A stretch of DNA of 32,000 nt from Nitrosopumilus maritimus SCM1 (GTDB lineage Archaea > Thermoproteota > Nitrososphaeria > Nitrososphaerales > Nitrosopumilaceae): the NCBI RefSeq assembly GCF_000018465.1, contig NC_010085.1, positions 120,001 through 152,000 of the forward strand. The letters are read 5' to 3'. This document shows, piece by piece, positions 16,671 to 25,546 of the stretch; within the stretch, counting starts at the first letter, position 1; every line of letters starts with the position of its first letter. The position numbers and the translations under genes were made by a program. The notes beneath the pieces were generated by a model. That model was not told the DNA's origin. It made no database searches and was given only the letters and a program-made list of their open reading frames with translations.

Positions 16671-17995
16671 CAAATGTGCTACATTCTCTGGATAACTCTA
16701 ACAATTTAAAAGAAAGAGCCAGAAAAGTCATTCCTCATTTGACTGGAACATTTAGTAGGGCTGCCCCATCATATGTTGAAGGGGTTTTCCCAGTGTATAT
16801 TCAATCTGGAAATGGTTCTCATTTTACTGATGTAGATCAAAATGAATACATTGACTATCTTATGGGACTAGGTCCAATTACATTAGGATATAACTACGAA
16901 CCAGTTAATCGCGCCATTATTTCTCAGCTTAATGATGGAATATTGTTTTCACTCCCTCATCCCATAGAAGTAGAACTATCTGAGAAAGTATGTGAAATTA
17001 TTCCCCACGCTGAGATGACAAAATTTGAAAAATCTGGTTCTAATGCCGTTACTGGAGCTGTTCGAGCAGCAAGAGCATTTACCAAAAATGAAAAAATTGC
17101 ATACTGTGGTTCTGGTGGTGTTTGGCATGATTGGCAAGCCGCTATGGTTAGCAGAGATGATGGAGTTCCAAAATTCAATTCTGAATTAATAAAATTATTT
17201 GATTATAACGATGCAGATGGTTTGGAACAAATTTTTGATGACAATCCTAATGAAATTGCTGCTATTGTTTTAGAACCAACTATGTATGAAAAACCCGAAA
17301 ATGATTTTTTAAAGAAAGTTAGAAAAATTGCAACCCAAAATAATTCTCTTTTAATTCTAGATGAAATAGTTACAGGCTTTCGATTTGATCTTGCAGGAGC
17401 TCAAAAATATTTCGATATTAAAGGTGATTTAGTGTGTTTTGGGAAAGGAATGGGAAATGGCTTGCCAATTTCAGCAATTACCGGACCTTCAGAATATATG
17501 AAAATTTTCGATAAGTTGTGGGTCTCATCTACAAATAATAGTGAAACTCTCTCATTAGCAGGAACAAAAGCTGTCATTTCTGAAATGCAGGAAAAAAATA
17601 CTATTTCACATTGTTGGAAAATTGGAGAGAGCTTACTTGAAGGATGGAATAAGATTGTTGAAAAATTTGATTTAGATGCAAAAATGTCTGGATATCCAAT
17701 TAGAATGCATTTGAAATGCTTTGATTCAAAACATCAAGAATCACTTACTATGAAATCTCTTTTACTGCAAGAAATGGTCAAAAATGGTGTATTTATGTCT
17801 GTATTGGGAGCCACCTTTATTTCATATTCTCATTCACTGGAAGATGTTCAAAAAACTCTTTCCGGATTAGAAACTGTATGTGAATTTATTTCAAAAAATG
17901 TAAAAAATGATAATTATTTGGAATTTTTGGAGGGTGAATTACCCAAAACAATTTGGTCTATGAAATTATCTCCAACTAAGAAAAAAAATCAATAA
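16667..17995 (+). CDS. Class-III PLP aminotransferase (glutamate-1-semialdehyde 2,1-aminomutase-like)
   Basis: SGSNAVTGAVRAARAFT, LILDEIVTGFRF and CFGKGMGNGLPISAI (PLP Lys in the GK-x-x-GNG context) are typical of the HemL/class-III fold. A 4-bp overlap joins it to the upstream gene. Confidence 0.8.
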   Translation: MTNVLHSLDNSNNLKERARKVIPHLTGTFSRAAPSYVEGVFPVYIQSGNGSHFTDVDQNEYIDYLMGLGPITLGYNYEPVNRAIISQLNDGILFSLPHPIEVELSEKVCEIIPHAEMTKFEKSGSNAVTGAVRAARAFTKNEKIAYCGSGGVWHDWQAAMVSRDDGVPKFNSELIKLFDYNDADGLEQIFDDNPNEIAAIVLEPTMYEKPENDFLKKVRKIATQNNSLLILDEIVTGFRFDLAGAQKYFDIKGDLVCFGKGMGNGLPISAITGPSEYMKIFDKLWVSSTNNSETLSLAGTKAVISEMQEKNTISHCWKIGESLLEGWNKIVEKFDLDAKMSGYPIRMHLKCFDSKHQESLTMKSLLLQEMVKNGVFMSVLGATFISYSHSLEDVQKTLSGLETVCEFISKNVKNDNYLEFLEGELPKTIWSMKLSPTKKKNQ

Positions 17996-18000
17996 TTTCT

Positions 18001-18744
18001 TCATTTCACACTTTCATTAAACTTTGCTTGATTATCAAGAAATTCTTTCTGTTTATGAAAATTAATTTGTATCAAATGTTTATTATTGTTCAAAAAATCT
18101 AGAATCTCTTTTCCAGAAGATAAGATATCTAAATTTTCATATAGCTTTTTAAAAAATTCTAAATCTTCTTTATAATCTAAAGTAAATCTTACATTTTCAT
18201 TTTTTTCAAAATCTTTCAATGGAACAATATCTGTAGTTAAATTAGCTTTTTCTATATATCTTGTTATGACATCTGTATTGATTTCATCAGTGGGTGCAAC
18301 AGAAAATAATTTTTTTATTCCTTTCTCGTTTATTGCTGATGTAAAAAACCCTGTCACAATATCTTTTGGGTGAGTAATCATATCGACTGATTTATTTTTT
18401 AATTCTGAAATTGCTCTTTTTCCAATATCATAACTATATGAAAGATCATCTCCATCAACTAATAATGCATATTGAATTCCAAATTTATTAAAACACTCAT
18501 ACCATCTTTTAATTTTATTTATTAATGGTCCACGAAATATTTCCACATCATTTTTCTTAGCAATATCTTCAAAAATATCATCTTCTTTTGATGTTGATGT
18601 TGCAATAATTACTGGCAATTCTGTTTTTTTTGCTCTTTGAATGACAACGTCTATTGAAGTGAAGTTATTTTTAATTTCCATTATTGCTTTATTTGGTAAT
18701 CTAGTTGAAGAGTTTCTTACTGAAACAATTGCAGCTGAGTTCAT
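18001..18744 (-). CDS. Cytidylyltransferase, CTP_transf_3/SpsF-like (paralogue 2)
   Basis: N-terminal AAIVSVRNSSTRLPNKA matches the same motif as 4078-4836 (ARTGSDRFPKKV). It is the last gene of a four-gene minus-strand operon with 1-4 nt junctions. Confidence 0.7.
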   Translation of the reverse strand: MNSAAIVSVRNSSTRLPNKAIMEIKNNFTSIDVVIQRAKKTELPVIIATSTSKEDDIFEDIAKKNDVEIFRGPLINKIKRWYECFNKFGIQYALLVDGDDLSYSYDIGKRAISELKNKSVDMITHPKDIVTGFFTSAINEKGIKKLFSVAPTDEINTDVITRYIEKANLTTDIVPLKDFEKNENVRFTLDYKEDLEFFKKLYENLDILSSGKEILDFLNNNKHLIQINFHKQKEFLDNQAKFNESVK

Positions 18745-18745
18745 T

Positions 18746-19729
18746 TTAATATTGACTTGATGGGTGTTGTTTGTGATATTCTATATCATGGTCCATCATT
18801 TTTTTAACTAATTCTTTAAAACTTGTTTTTGGCTCCCAATTCAGATTTTTTCTTGCTTTAGATGCATCCCCAACAAGATCTTCTATGTCTGTTGGTCTCA
18901 TTAGAGATTCATCAATTTCGACAAATTCATGCCAATCTCCTAATCCTGCATATTCTGATGCTATATCTAAAAACTCCTTAATTGAATGGGATTTACCAGT
19001 TGCAATGACATAGTTGTCTGGCTCTTTTTGTTGTAACATAAGCCACATGGCTTCAACATAATCTCCTGCAAAACCCCAATCTCTTTTTGCATTAATATTT
19101 CCCAAATGTAATTTATCTAATGTATTAAATTTGATTTTTGATAATGCATAGGTAATTTTTCTTGTAACAAATTCAAGGCCTCTTAAAGGAGATTCATGAT
19201 TAAATAAAATACCACAACATGCAAAAATATTGTAAGCTTCTTTATAATGATTTGTCATGTGGTGACCAAATACTTTTGCTGCTCCATACGGACTTCGTGG
19301 TCTAAATGGGGATTCTTCATTTTTTATTCCAGGATAATTTCCATACATTTCACTAGATGAAGCTTGATAAAATTTTGCATCTGGAACATTTTCTCTAATT
19401 GCTTCTAATACTCTTAAAACACCAAGACCTGTTATATCTGAAGTTAAAACTGGTTGTTGAAAAGAGGCTCCAACAAATGATTGAGCTCCTAAATTGTATA
19501 TCTCATCAGGTTCTGATTGTTTAATTGCAGCTTGAACTGATCCATAATCTGATAAATCCGCTTTTATGTCCGTCACTTTGTGAAAAATCTCCATTTCTTC
19601 TAATCTTTCAAAACATCTATGACTAGTTCTTCTAAACGTGCCAAACACATTGTATCCTTTCTTAAGCAAAAAATCCGCTAGATATGTGCCATCTTGACCC
19701 GTTAGTCCAAAAATCAACGCATTTTTCAA
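18746..19729 (-). CDS. gmd: GDP-mannose 4,6-dehydratase
   Basis: ALIFGLTGQDGTYLADFLLKKGY, RRTS, QASSSEMYG, PRSPYGAAKVF, GILFNHESPLRG..FVTRKIT, LGNINAKRDWGFAGDYVEAMWLMLQQ. All canonical Gmd blocks are present in order. Confidence 0.9.
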   Translation of the reverse strand: MKNALIFGLTGQDGTYLADFLLKKGYNVFGTFRRTSHRCFERLEEMEIFHKVTDIKADLSDYGSVQAAIKQSEPDEIYNLGAQSFVGASFQQPVLTSDITGLGVLRVLEAIRENVPDAKFYQASSSEMYGNYPGIKNEESPFRPRSPYGAAKVFGHHMTNHYKEAYNIFACCGILFNHESPLRGLEFVTRKITYALSKIKFNTLDKLHLGNINAKRDWGFAGDYVEAMWLMLQQKEPDNYVIATGKSHSIKEFLDIASEYAGLGDWHEFVEIDESLMRPTDIEDLVGDASKARKNLNWEPKTSFKELVKKMMDHDIEYHKQHPSSQY

Positions 19730-20547
19730 TTTACTATCAACCCTGCCTCTGTAATACTCTCTAGAAACTGCCTAAAACCTTTTCCACCATTTTCATGGCC
19801 TTTCCATACTTCTATCGCAAATCCCTTATCTTTATGATTATTTAACATTGGAATAATTTTATCAAATTCCATATTTCCCTCTCCATATTGTAACCCTTCT
19901 CCATCTATATCATCTGCATCTGATAAATGGAAATGATCAACTCTTTTTTCAATTATCTTTAATTGATCTATTAGAGAAATTTGTTTAGTATTACAATACA
20001 GTTGTGCGTGACATAAATCATAGCAAACATTTAGACCCAATTTTTCACAATATTTTTCCATATCATTTGCGTCAAGAAAAACATTTGAATGCCATCTTCC
20101 TCCAAAAAACCAAGCATACGGAGGCATATTCTCCATTAAAAAATTCACTTTACTAATATCCAATTTTTCCACTGCATCAAACATACCATTTTTCATTTTT
20201 TCTTTATCTTCTATGCTAAGTTCAGATAATGAATATCCTCCAGGGTGTACAATTATAGATGGTTTGCCTTGAAATTGTTCATTTAATGACACTGTTTTAT
20301 CAATTGCCTTTTGAATCAATTCAATAGTCTTTTCTTGAGAATGAATTTGGTTTGTTTCTCCAAAACTAACTATATCCAACAATTTTCGCTCAAAATATTC
20401 ATAGCAATGAACAATTAATCTTTGATCAAATTTTTGATCTAATTCTAAATTTAAATCACTATCAGAAAAATGAAATTCTAAAATTTTTGGATTGAATGCC
20501 AACATATCATCCAAATCTTGTTTTCTAACTTTCATTCCTAAAATCAT
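19726..20547 (-). CDS. Xylose-isomerase-like TIM-barrel protein (AP_endonuc_2 family, sugar phosphate isomerase/epimerase-like)
   Basis: The size (273 aa) and the spaced conserved His/Glu/Asp blocks (IIVHPGG, LMENM, YDLCHAQL, HFHLSD, AIEVW) fit this fold. It is sandwiched between NeuB2 and Gmd with 4-bp overlaps on both sides. Confidence 0.55.
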   Translation of the reverse strand: MILGMKVRKQDLDDMLAFNPKILEFHFSDSDLNLELDQKFDQRLIVHCYEYFERKLLDIVSFGETNQIHSQEKTIELIQKAIDKTVSLNEQFQGKPSIIVHPGGYSLSELSIEDKEKMKNGMFDAVEKLDISKVNFLMENMPPYAWFFGGRWHSNVFLDANDMEKYCEKLGLNVCYDLCHAQLYCNTKQISLIDQLKIIEKRVDHFHLSDADDIDGEGLQYGEGNMEFDKIIPMLNNHKDKGFAIEVWKGHENGGKGFRQFLESITEAGLIVN

Positions 20548-21593
20548 AAATCATCATCCTGAAGATAGTCATTTCTTTTAATTTCTCTTTTTGATTTTTT
20601 TCCTAAAATTTCATAATAATATTGTGGAGAAAGTCCTTTAGCTGGACCTTTTATTGCTAAATTATTTTCAGAAAATATTTCATCTTTTTTAATATCATTT
20701 TTTGCAGTAATGCTTTTGCCTAAAACCTCTTTCTGTAAAATTTCTCCCCTGGTCATTTTTTTTATGGGCTTTCCTTTTGCTTTTTCAGCTTCCCTGATAT
20801 CTTTTACTAGTTTTTTAAACTCATCTGGTTCTAATGATGCTGCTTGATCTAAACCTTCCATGGTTTTGTCTAATGTGATATGCCTTTCAACAATTATTGC
20901 TCCTAACATAACTGCAGCTAACGTGCTTACAATCCCTGGTTCATGGCCACTGTAACCAATCAAAACTTGAAATTTTTCTTTTAAGAGTGAAATTAGTTCA
21001 AGATTTAATGTTTCAACTGGAGCTGGATATGTGCTATTACAATGAAGTAAAGCAAATTTGGCATTTTTTTCTTTCATAAAAGAAACTGTTTTTTCTATTT
21101 CATTCATGTTTGACATGCCAGTTGATACAATCAATGGTTTACCTGTTTGAATTAGACTTGATATCAAAGGAAAATTTGTCATATCTGCAGATGCTATTTT
21201 GTAAGCTGGAAGATCAAATTTTTCCAAAAATTCCACACTTGGAATATCCCAAGGTGTGCAAAGAAATGTAATGTGTTTTTCTTTGCAGTACTCGGTTAAT
21301 TCTTTATATGCATCATCATCAAATTCAACTTCATTTAAAACATCTAGAAGAATTTCTAATCCTTGACTTTCAATGTTTGGATCTTTTAGAACATCTTCTC
21401 GATAAATATCATTTAGAGATCTTTTCTGAAACTTTACTGCATTTGCCCCCGCATCTACTGCAACATCAATTAATTTTTTAGCAGTTGTTATGTTGCCGTT
21501 ATGATTGATTCCTATTTCTGCAATGATATATGCAGGTTCTTTAGTGCTTATCCTGTCCTTTCCAATTACTATATCATTTTCATGCTCTGCCAT
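20544..21593 (-). CDS. neuB: NeuB-family nonulosonic acid synthase (paralogue 2, canonical type)
   Basis: IIAEIGINHNGNITTAKKLIDVAVDAGANAVKFQKR is the textbook NeuB N-terminus. GYSGHE and VERHITLD carry the metal-binding His residues, and a C-terminal SAF-like domain (SITAKNDIKKDEIF) is present. Confidence 0.88.
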   Translation of the reverse strand: MAEHENDIVIGKDRISTKEPAYIIAEIGINHNGNITTAKKLIDVAVDAGANAVKFQKRSLNDIYREDVLKDPNIESQGLEILLDVLNEVEFDDDAYKELTEYCKEKHITFLCTPWDIPSVEFLEKFDLPAYKIASADMTNFPLISSLIQTGKPLIVSTGMSNMNEIEKTVSFMKEKNAKFALLHCNSTYPAPVETLNLELISLLKEKFQVLIGYSGHEPGIVSTLAAVMLGAIIVERHITLDKTMEGLDQAASLEPDEFKKLVKDIREAEKAKGKPIKKMTRGEILQKEVLGKSITAKNDIKKDEIFSENNLAIKGPAKGLSPQYYYEILGKKSKREIKRNDYLQDDDL

Positions 21594-21683
21594 TTAACCA
21601 AATGAAAATTATTGACTATTTTAAGGTGATTTTACCTTTTTTTCAAAAGGGATATTTAACACTCGTAAAATTAGAATTTAGTC

Positions 21684-22691
21684 ATGCAAATTTTAGTAGT
21701 GGGTCTAGGCTCTATGGGAAAACGAAGAATTCGTTGTTTACAAAAACTTGGTTTAAAAAATATTATTGGATTTGATCCAAGACAAGATAGACGAGATGAA
21801 TCTGAAAAACTTTACAAAATTTCAACAGTACCCACAATCAATGATGGCTTAAAACTTAATCCCAAATGTATGATCATCTCTACCCCTCCTGATCTTCATT
21901 ACAAATATGCATTAGTTGCAATGAAAAATAAAATTCATTTTTTCACAGAAGTTAATTTGTCTTCAAATGATGTACAAAAAATTATCAAAAAACTAAATGG
22001 GTTGTCTATATTGGGATTACCTTCAAATACTTTAATCTATCATCCATTGATTAAAAAATTAAAAACTCTAATATCAAAAAACCAAATTGGTAAAACACTA
22101 ACCGTTTATCATCATTTTGGACATTATCTGCCTAATTGGCATCCTTGGGAAGATTATAGGGATTTTTATGTTTCAAAGCGACAAACTGGAGCTGCAAGAG
22201 AAATCGTTCCCTTTGAATTAGTTTGGTTATCGTACATTTTTTCAAGTATAAAATCTGTTTATGGAAGTATTCACAAAGTATCCTCTCTAAAAACAGATAT
22301 TGATGATCTCTATCAAGCAATTATTGAATTTTCAAACGGAATTCAATGCATTTTGGTGATTGATGTAATTTCTGACCCAGCTTTTAGTGAAACTAAGATC
22401 ATAGGCGAAAAAGGTGTTATACTATGTAATCATAATGAAGGTATTTTGAAGATTGGAAAATCATCAAAATGGAAAACTACAAAAATTGAATCTGGTGAAG
22501 TTGCAAAAGGATACAAAGGAAATACTCCTTCAGAATCTCTTTATGTTGCAGAAATAAAAAATTTCTTAGATTCGATTAAACAAAAGAAAAAACCAAATTA
22601 TACTTTTGTAGAAGAATTGAGAATTTTAAAAGTTTTAGATGCAATAGAATTGAGTAATAGAAAGTCCAAAAAAATTGTAATTAAAAAATGA
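21684..22691 (+). CDS. Gfo/Idh/MocA-family oxidoreductase (paralogue 2)
   Basis: It has the N-terminal Rossmann motif ILVVGLGSMGKRRIRCL and a layout similar to 4833-5885. The EKP motif is replaced by TEVN. Confidence 0.65.
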   Translation: MQILVVGLGSMGKRRIRCLQKLGLKNIIGFDPRQDRRDESEKLYKISTVPTINDGLKLNPKCMIISTPPDLHYKYALVAMKNKIHFFTEVNLSSNDVQKIIKKLNGLSILGLPSNTLIYHPLIKKLKTLISKNQIGKTLTVYHHFGHYLPNWHPWEDYRDFYVSKRQTGAAREIVPFELVWLSYIFSSIKSVYGSIHKVSSLKTDIDDLYQAIIEFSNGIQCILVIDVISDPAFSETKIIGEKGVILCNHNEGILKIGKSSKWKTTKIESGEVAKGYKGNTPSESLYVAEIKNFLDSIKQKKKPNYTFVEELRILKVLDAIELSNRKSKKIVIKK

Positions 22692-24052
22692 AACCAAATA
22701 TACTGTTTTTAGTTGTAGACTCTTTACGTTCGGATAAATTTTATGGAGAATCTAAAACATCAATTACTCCGAACCTTGATTCTCTTTTAGAAAACGGAGT
22801 TTATTTTTCTCAGGCAATTAGTTCTGTACCTTCAACATCTCCATCAATGGGAAGTATATTCACTGGACTGTTTCCAATAAAAATTGGAATGGGACCTGAA
22901 TCCTATGAAAAATTAAATCCAAATGTTTCTACTTTTATAGAACATTTTAAAAAAAATGGATATTCAACTTTTGCAACTACTTCAGAGATCAATTCATTTT
23001 TGGGATTAACCGAAGATTTTGATCTGACTCTTCAACAGACTTCTCATAATAATTATTTCAGCCTATTTTCTGGATTGGGGGAAAAAATTACTGAAAAATT
23101 ACGTACTATGAAAAAAGAACCTTGGTTCTTTTATATTCATATTAATGATTTACATCAACCCGTTATTGTACCTGAAAAATACTCTGAAGAAAAATTTGGA
23201 ATAACAGATTACGAAAAAATGCTTTCAGCAATAGATTTTTGGATTGGAAAATTTTTTGAACAAATAGATTTTTCAAAAACTCTAGTAGTTTTAACTGCAG
23301 ATCATGGTGAATATGTTCGCTCACTCCAAATTGATGGAAAAATGATCAATCTTGAATCAAGCTCATCTGAAAAGACCTTGTGGAAGTTGGGGAATAAAAT
23401 TCCCAATTTTCTTTATGGGCCAAAAAGAAAATTATCTTCAATATTACAAAAAACTAGAGATAAAAATCGTCAAAAGAAAATTGAAGAACTTGATCTTTCT
23501 GAATATGAAAAAAGAGTATTATCAATGTCTAGAATGAGTTCAGGTTCTCATGTTTTTGATGATGTGTTAAAAGTTCCATTAGTTTTCAAAGGATTCCCGA
23601 TAAAAAACCCAAAACTAATTTCCCAACAAGTTGGCTTGTTGGACATCTTTCCCACTATTACAGATCTTATTGAAATTCCAAAGATTAATGCAAAAATTGA
23701 TGGTAATAGTTTGTATCCATTGATTCAAAATGAAAAAATTGATGAAAAACCATTATTTATTCAAAGTATGCCGTCAATATCTGATGATAATCTAATTCTT
23801 GTTGGAATTAGAACAAACTCTTTCAAATATTTTCGTGAAAAGAACAACAAAAAGAAAAACAAACTTTTTGATTTGGCAAATGATCCCTTAGAAGAAAAAG
23901 ATATCTCTTCTCAAAAACCAGAGATTGTTTTAAAAATGGAAAAAATTCTCCAAGAATATCTGATCACTGAAAATAATTTTTCTCCAGACTCTTTACAGAA
24001 TGATGAAAGAAAGAAAGTTGAAGACGAATTAAAAAAACTGGGATATCTTTAA
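22688..24052 (+). CDS. Alkaline-phosphatase-superfamily ('sulfatase'-family) protein with a Thr nucleophile; NPP/phosphodiesterase- or phospho(no)transferase-like
   Basis: ILFLVVDSLRSD is the metal-binding first strand, and ITPNLDSL follows it. The nucleophile motif reads T50-S-P-S-M-G-S-I-F-T-G-L-F-P where arylsulfatases have C-x-P-x-R-xxxxTG. It looks closer to the NPP motif T-F-P-N-H-Y-S-I-V-T-G-L-Y-P. LTADHGE is also present. I see no N-terminal TM segment or signal peptide. Confidence 0.7.
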   Translation: MKPNILFLVVDSLRSDKFYGESKTSITPNLDSLLENGVYFSQAISSVPSTSPSMGSIFTGLFPIKIGMGPESYEKLNPNVSTFIEHFKKNGYSTFATTSEINSFLGLTEDFDLTLQQTSHNNYFSLFSGLGEKITEKLRTMKKEPWFFYIHINDLHQPVIVPEKYSEEKFGITDYEKMLSAIDFWIGKFFEQIDFSKTLVVLTADHGEYVRSLQIDGKMINLESSSSEKTLWKLGNKIPNFLYGPKRKLSSILQKTRDKNRQKKIEELDLSEYEKRVLSMSRMSSGSHVFDDVLKVPLVFKGFPIKNPKLISQQVGLLDIFPTITDLIEIPKINAKIDGNSLYPLIQNEKIDEKPLFIQSMPSISDDNLILVGIRTNSFKYFREKNNKKKNKLFDLANDPLEEKDISSQKPEIVLKMEKILQEYLITENNFSPDSLQNDERKKVEDELKKLGYL

Positions 24053-24142
24053 ACACTAAATTTTTTCATGTACTAATTTCTATTATATGTGAGATTTATA
24101 CCAAGAATATAATAGGTAGAAATTATTAAAAAAATTACGTTG

Positions 24143-25516
24143 ATGGAAAAAAAGATTGATTTCAAGCCTGATTCTTATTTGATTCGTTCTGGAAACAATT
24201 TTTTGGGAATTTTAAATGATATTAAACGAAGACCAGAAGATGCTGCAAATGAATTGGGTGTTTCTATTGAAGAAATTAACTCAATAATTTCTGGAAAGCA
24301 AAAAATCTCCCCATCTTTAATTGAAAAAGCCGTAAATATCTGGCCAGTTAATGAAAGAGATTTCTATATTGTTTCCGATGATTGTTCTTCTGGAATCTTA
24401 ATTATGACTTCTCAAGATTCAATCAAATCATCTCGCATTATGGAAAGAGCTGGAAAACCATATTATGAATATCGAGATACTGCTATGAGCAAAACTGCTC
24501 CTTTTAGGCCTGAATGGATTTTGGAATTATGCAAAGTTGAAAATAATGACCCTGAAAATCCAAAAGCGCAATGGAATAATGGACATTTCATGCATCAATT
24601 TACATATTTTATCGGAGAAGTAAATTTCTATTACAAAGATCCTGAAGGAAAAAAACATGTCGCAATTATGAATACTGGTGATTCAATGTATATTACTCCA
24701 TTTACTCCTCACACCTTTACTACAAGAGATGGTGCATCTCAAAATGGTTTAATTTTAGCATTAACTTATGGGAGTAAACTTACTGGTGATATTCAGCAAG
24801 AATTGTCGTCATTATCGCTTGATTGTGGAAGTCAATATGCATTAGATTTTACTAATCACGAAAATGCCAGTTTATCATTATTAGAATATTATTTTGAATT
24901 ATCAAATCTGACTAAAGAAAAATTTGCAAAACGAACAAACTTTTCTATGGAAACACTTGCTGATTTCTTTACAAAAAAGAAATTACCAACTTTTGATGAA
25001 CTTAAGATTATTGCTAAAGCTCTAAATGTAAATTCTAGAGATTTAATGCCTAATGATTTGACTGAATCTAAAGTTATTGTAAAAACTCATGATCAATGTG
25101 ATCATTGGAAATACCCTGAATCTGGAAATTATGAATTTTACGAACTTGCATCAACCACCGCTTTGCCTCACTCCAAAGCATTTGAAATTGATGTTTCATC
25201 ATCAGAAGATCTCAATCTTGATCTGAAAGTTGGATTACATCAATATGTGTATAATATTGGCGATTCTGCACTGACAATTAATTGGAATTATGAGAATAAA
25301 ACATATCAGAAATCATTGAATCCTGGCGATTCTGCTTATATCAAACCTTTTGTTCCTCACAATTTCCGTGGAAATGGCAAAATTCTAATTTTGAGAATTG
25401 GTGGAAAAATTTCTGGTGATTCACAACGAGAATTATCATTTGTAGGAAGGGAAAATACTCAACGAGCAATTTCTGAAACAATGCAATGGTTTGATCCAAA
25501 AGGTTCAAACTCTTAA
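24143..25516 (+). CDS. mpnS: Methylphosphonate synthase (non-heme Fe(II) 2-hydroxyethylphosphonate oxygenase, HEPD/HppE family)
   Basis: The architecture is a tandem (HTH-like + cupin) x2. Numbering from ATG 24143, the metal ligands are His148 (24584-24586), Gln152 (24596-24598) and His190 (24710-24712). Phe162 and Ile184 are also present, matching my recollection of the published N. maritimus MPnS structure. It is clustered with ppm, ppd and an Fe-ADH. The track's TTG at 24140 adds one residue and is probably not the start. Confidence 0.9.
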   Translation: MEKKIDFKPDSYLIRSGNNFLGILNDIKRRPEDAANELGVSIEEINSIISGKQKISPSLIEKAVNIWPVNERDFYIVSDDCSSGILIMTSQDSIKSSRIMERAGKPYYEYRDTAMSKTAPFRPEWILELCKVENNDPENPKAQWNNGHFMHQFTYFIGEVNFYYKDPEGKKHVAIMNTGDSMYITPFTPHTFTTRDGASQNGLILALTYGSKLTGDIQQELSSLSLDCGSQYALDFTNHENASLSLLEYYFELSNLTKEKFAKRTNFSMETLADFFTKKKLPTFDELKIIAKALNVNSRDLMPNDLTESKVIVKTHDQCDHWKYPESGNYEFYELASTTALPHSKAFEIDVSSSEDLNLDLKVGLHQYVYNIGDSALTINWNYENKTYQKSLNPGDSAYIKPFVPHNFRGNGKILILRIGGKISGDSQRELSFVGRENTQRAISETMQWFDPKGSNS

Positions 25517-25546
25517 TTTTAATTATAGTTATCTAAATTTCATTTT

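Noticed and set aside
24140-24142. TTG at 24140 as the mpnS start codon, as in the ORF track.
   Set aside because: It is followed immediately by ATG 24143. Using the ATG reproduces the H148/Q152/H190 numbering I recall for the characterised enzyme.
24143-25516. Calling the two-cupin oxygenase HEPD (hydroxyethylphosphonate dioxygenase) or HppE (fosfomycin epoxidase).
   Set aside because: The ligand at position 152 is Gln, with Phe162 and Ile184, rather than the Glu ligand with Tyr/Gly that I recall for HEPD. HppE is a single HTH-cupin unit of about 200 aa, and no fosfomycin genes (fom3/fom4-like) are present.
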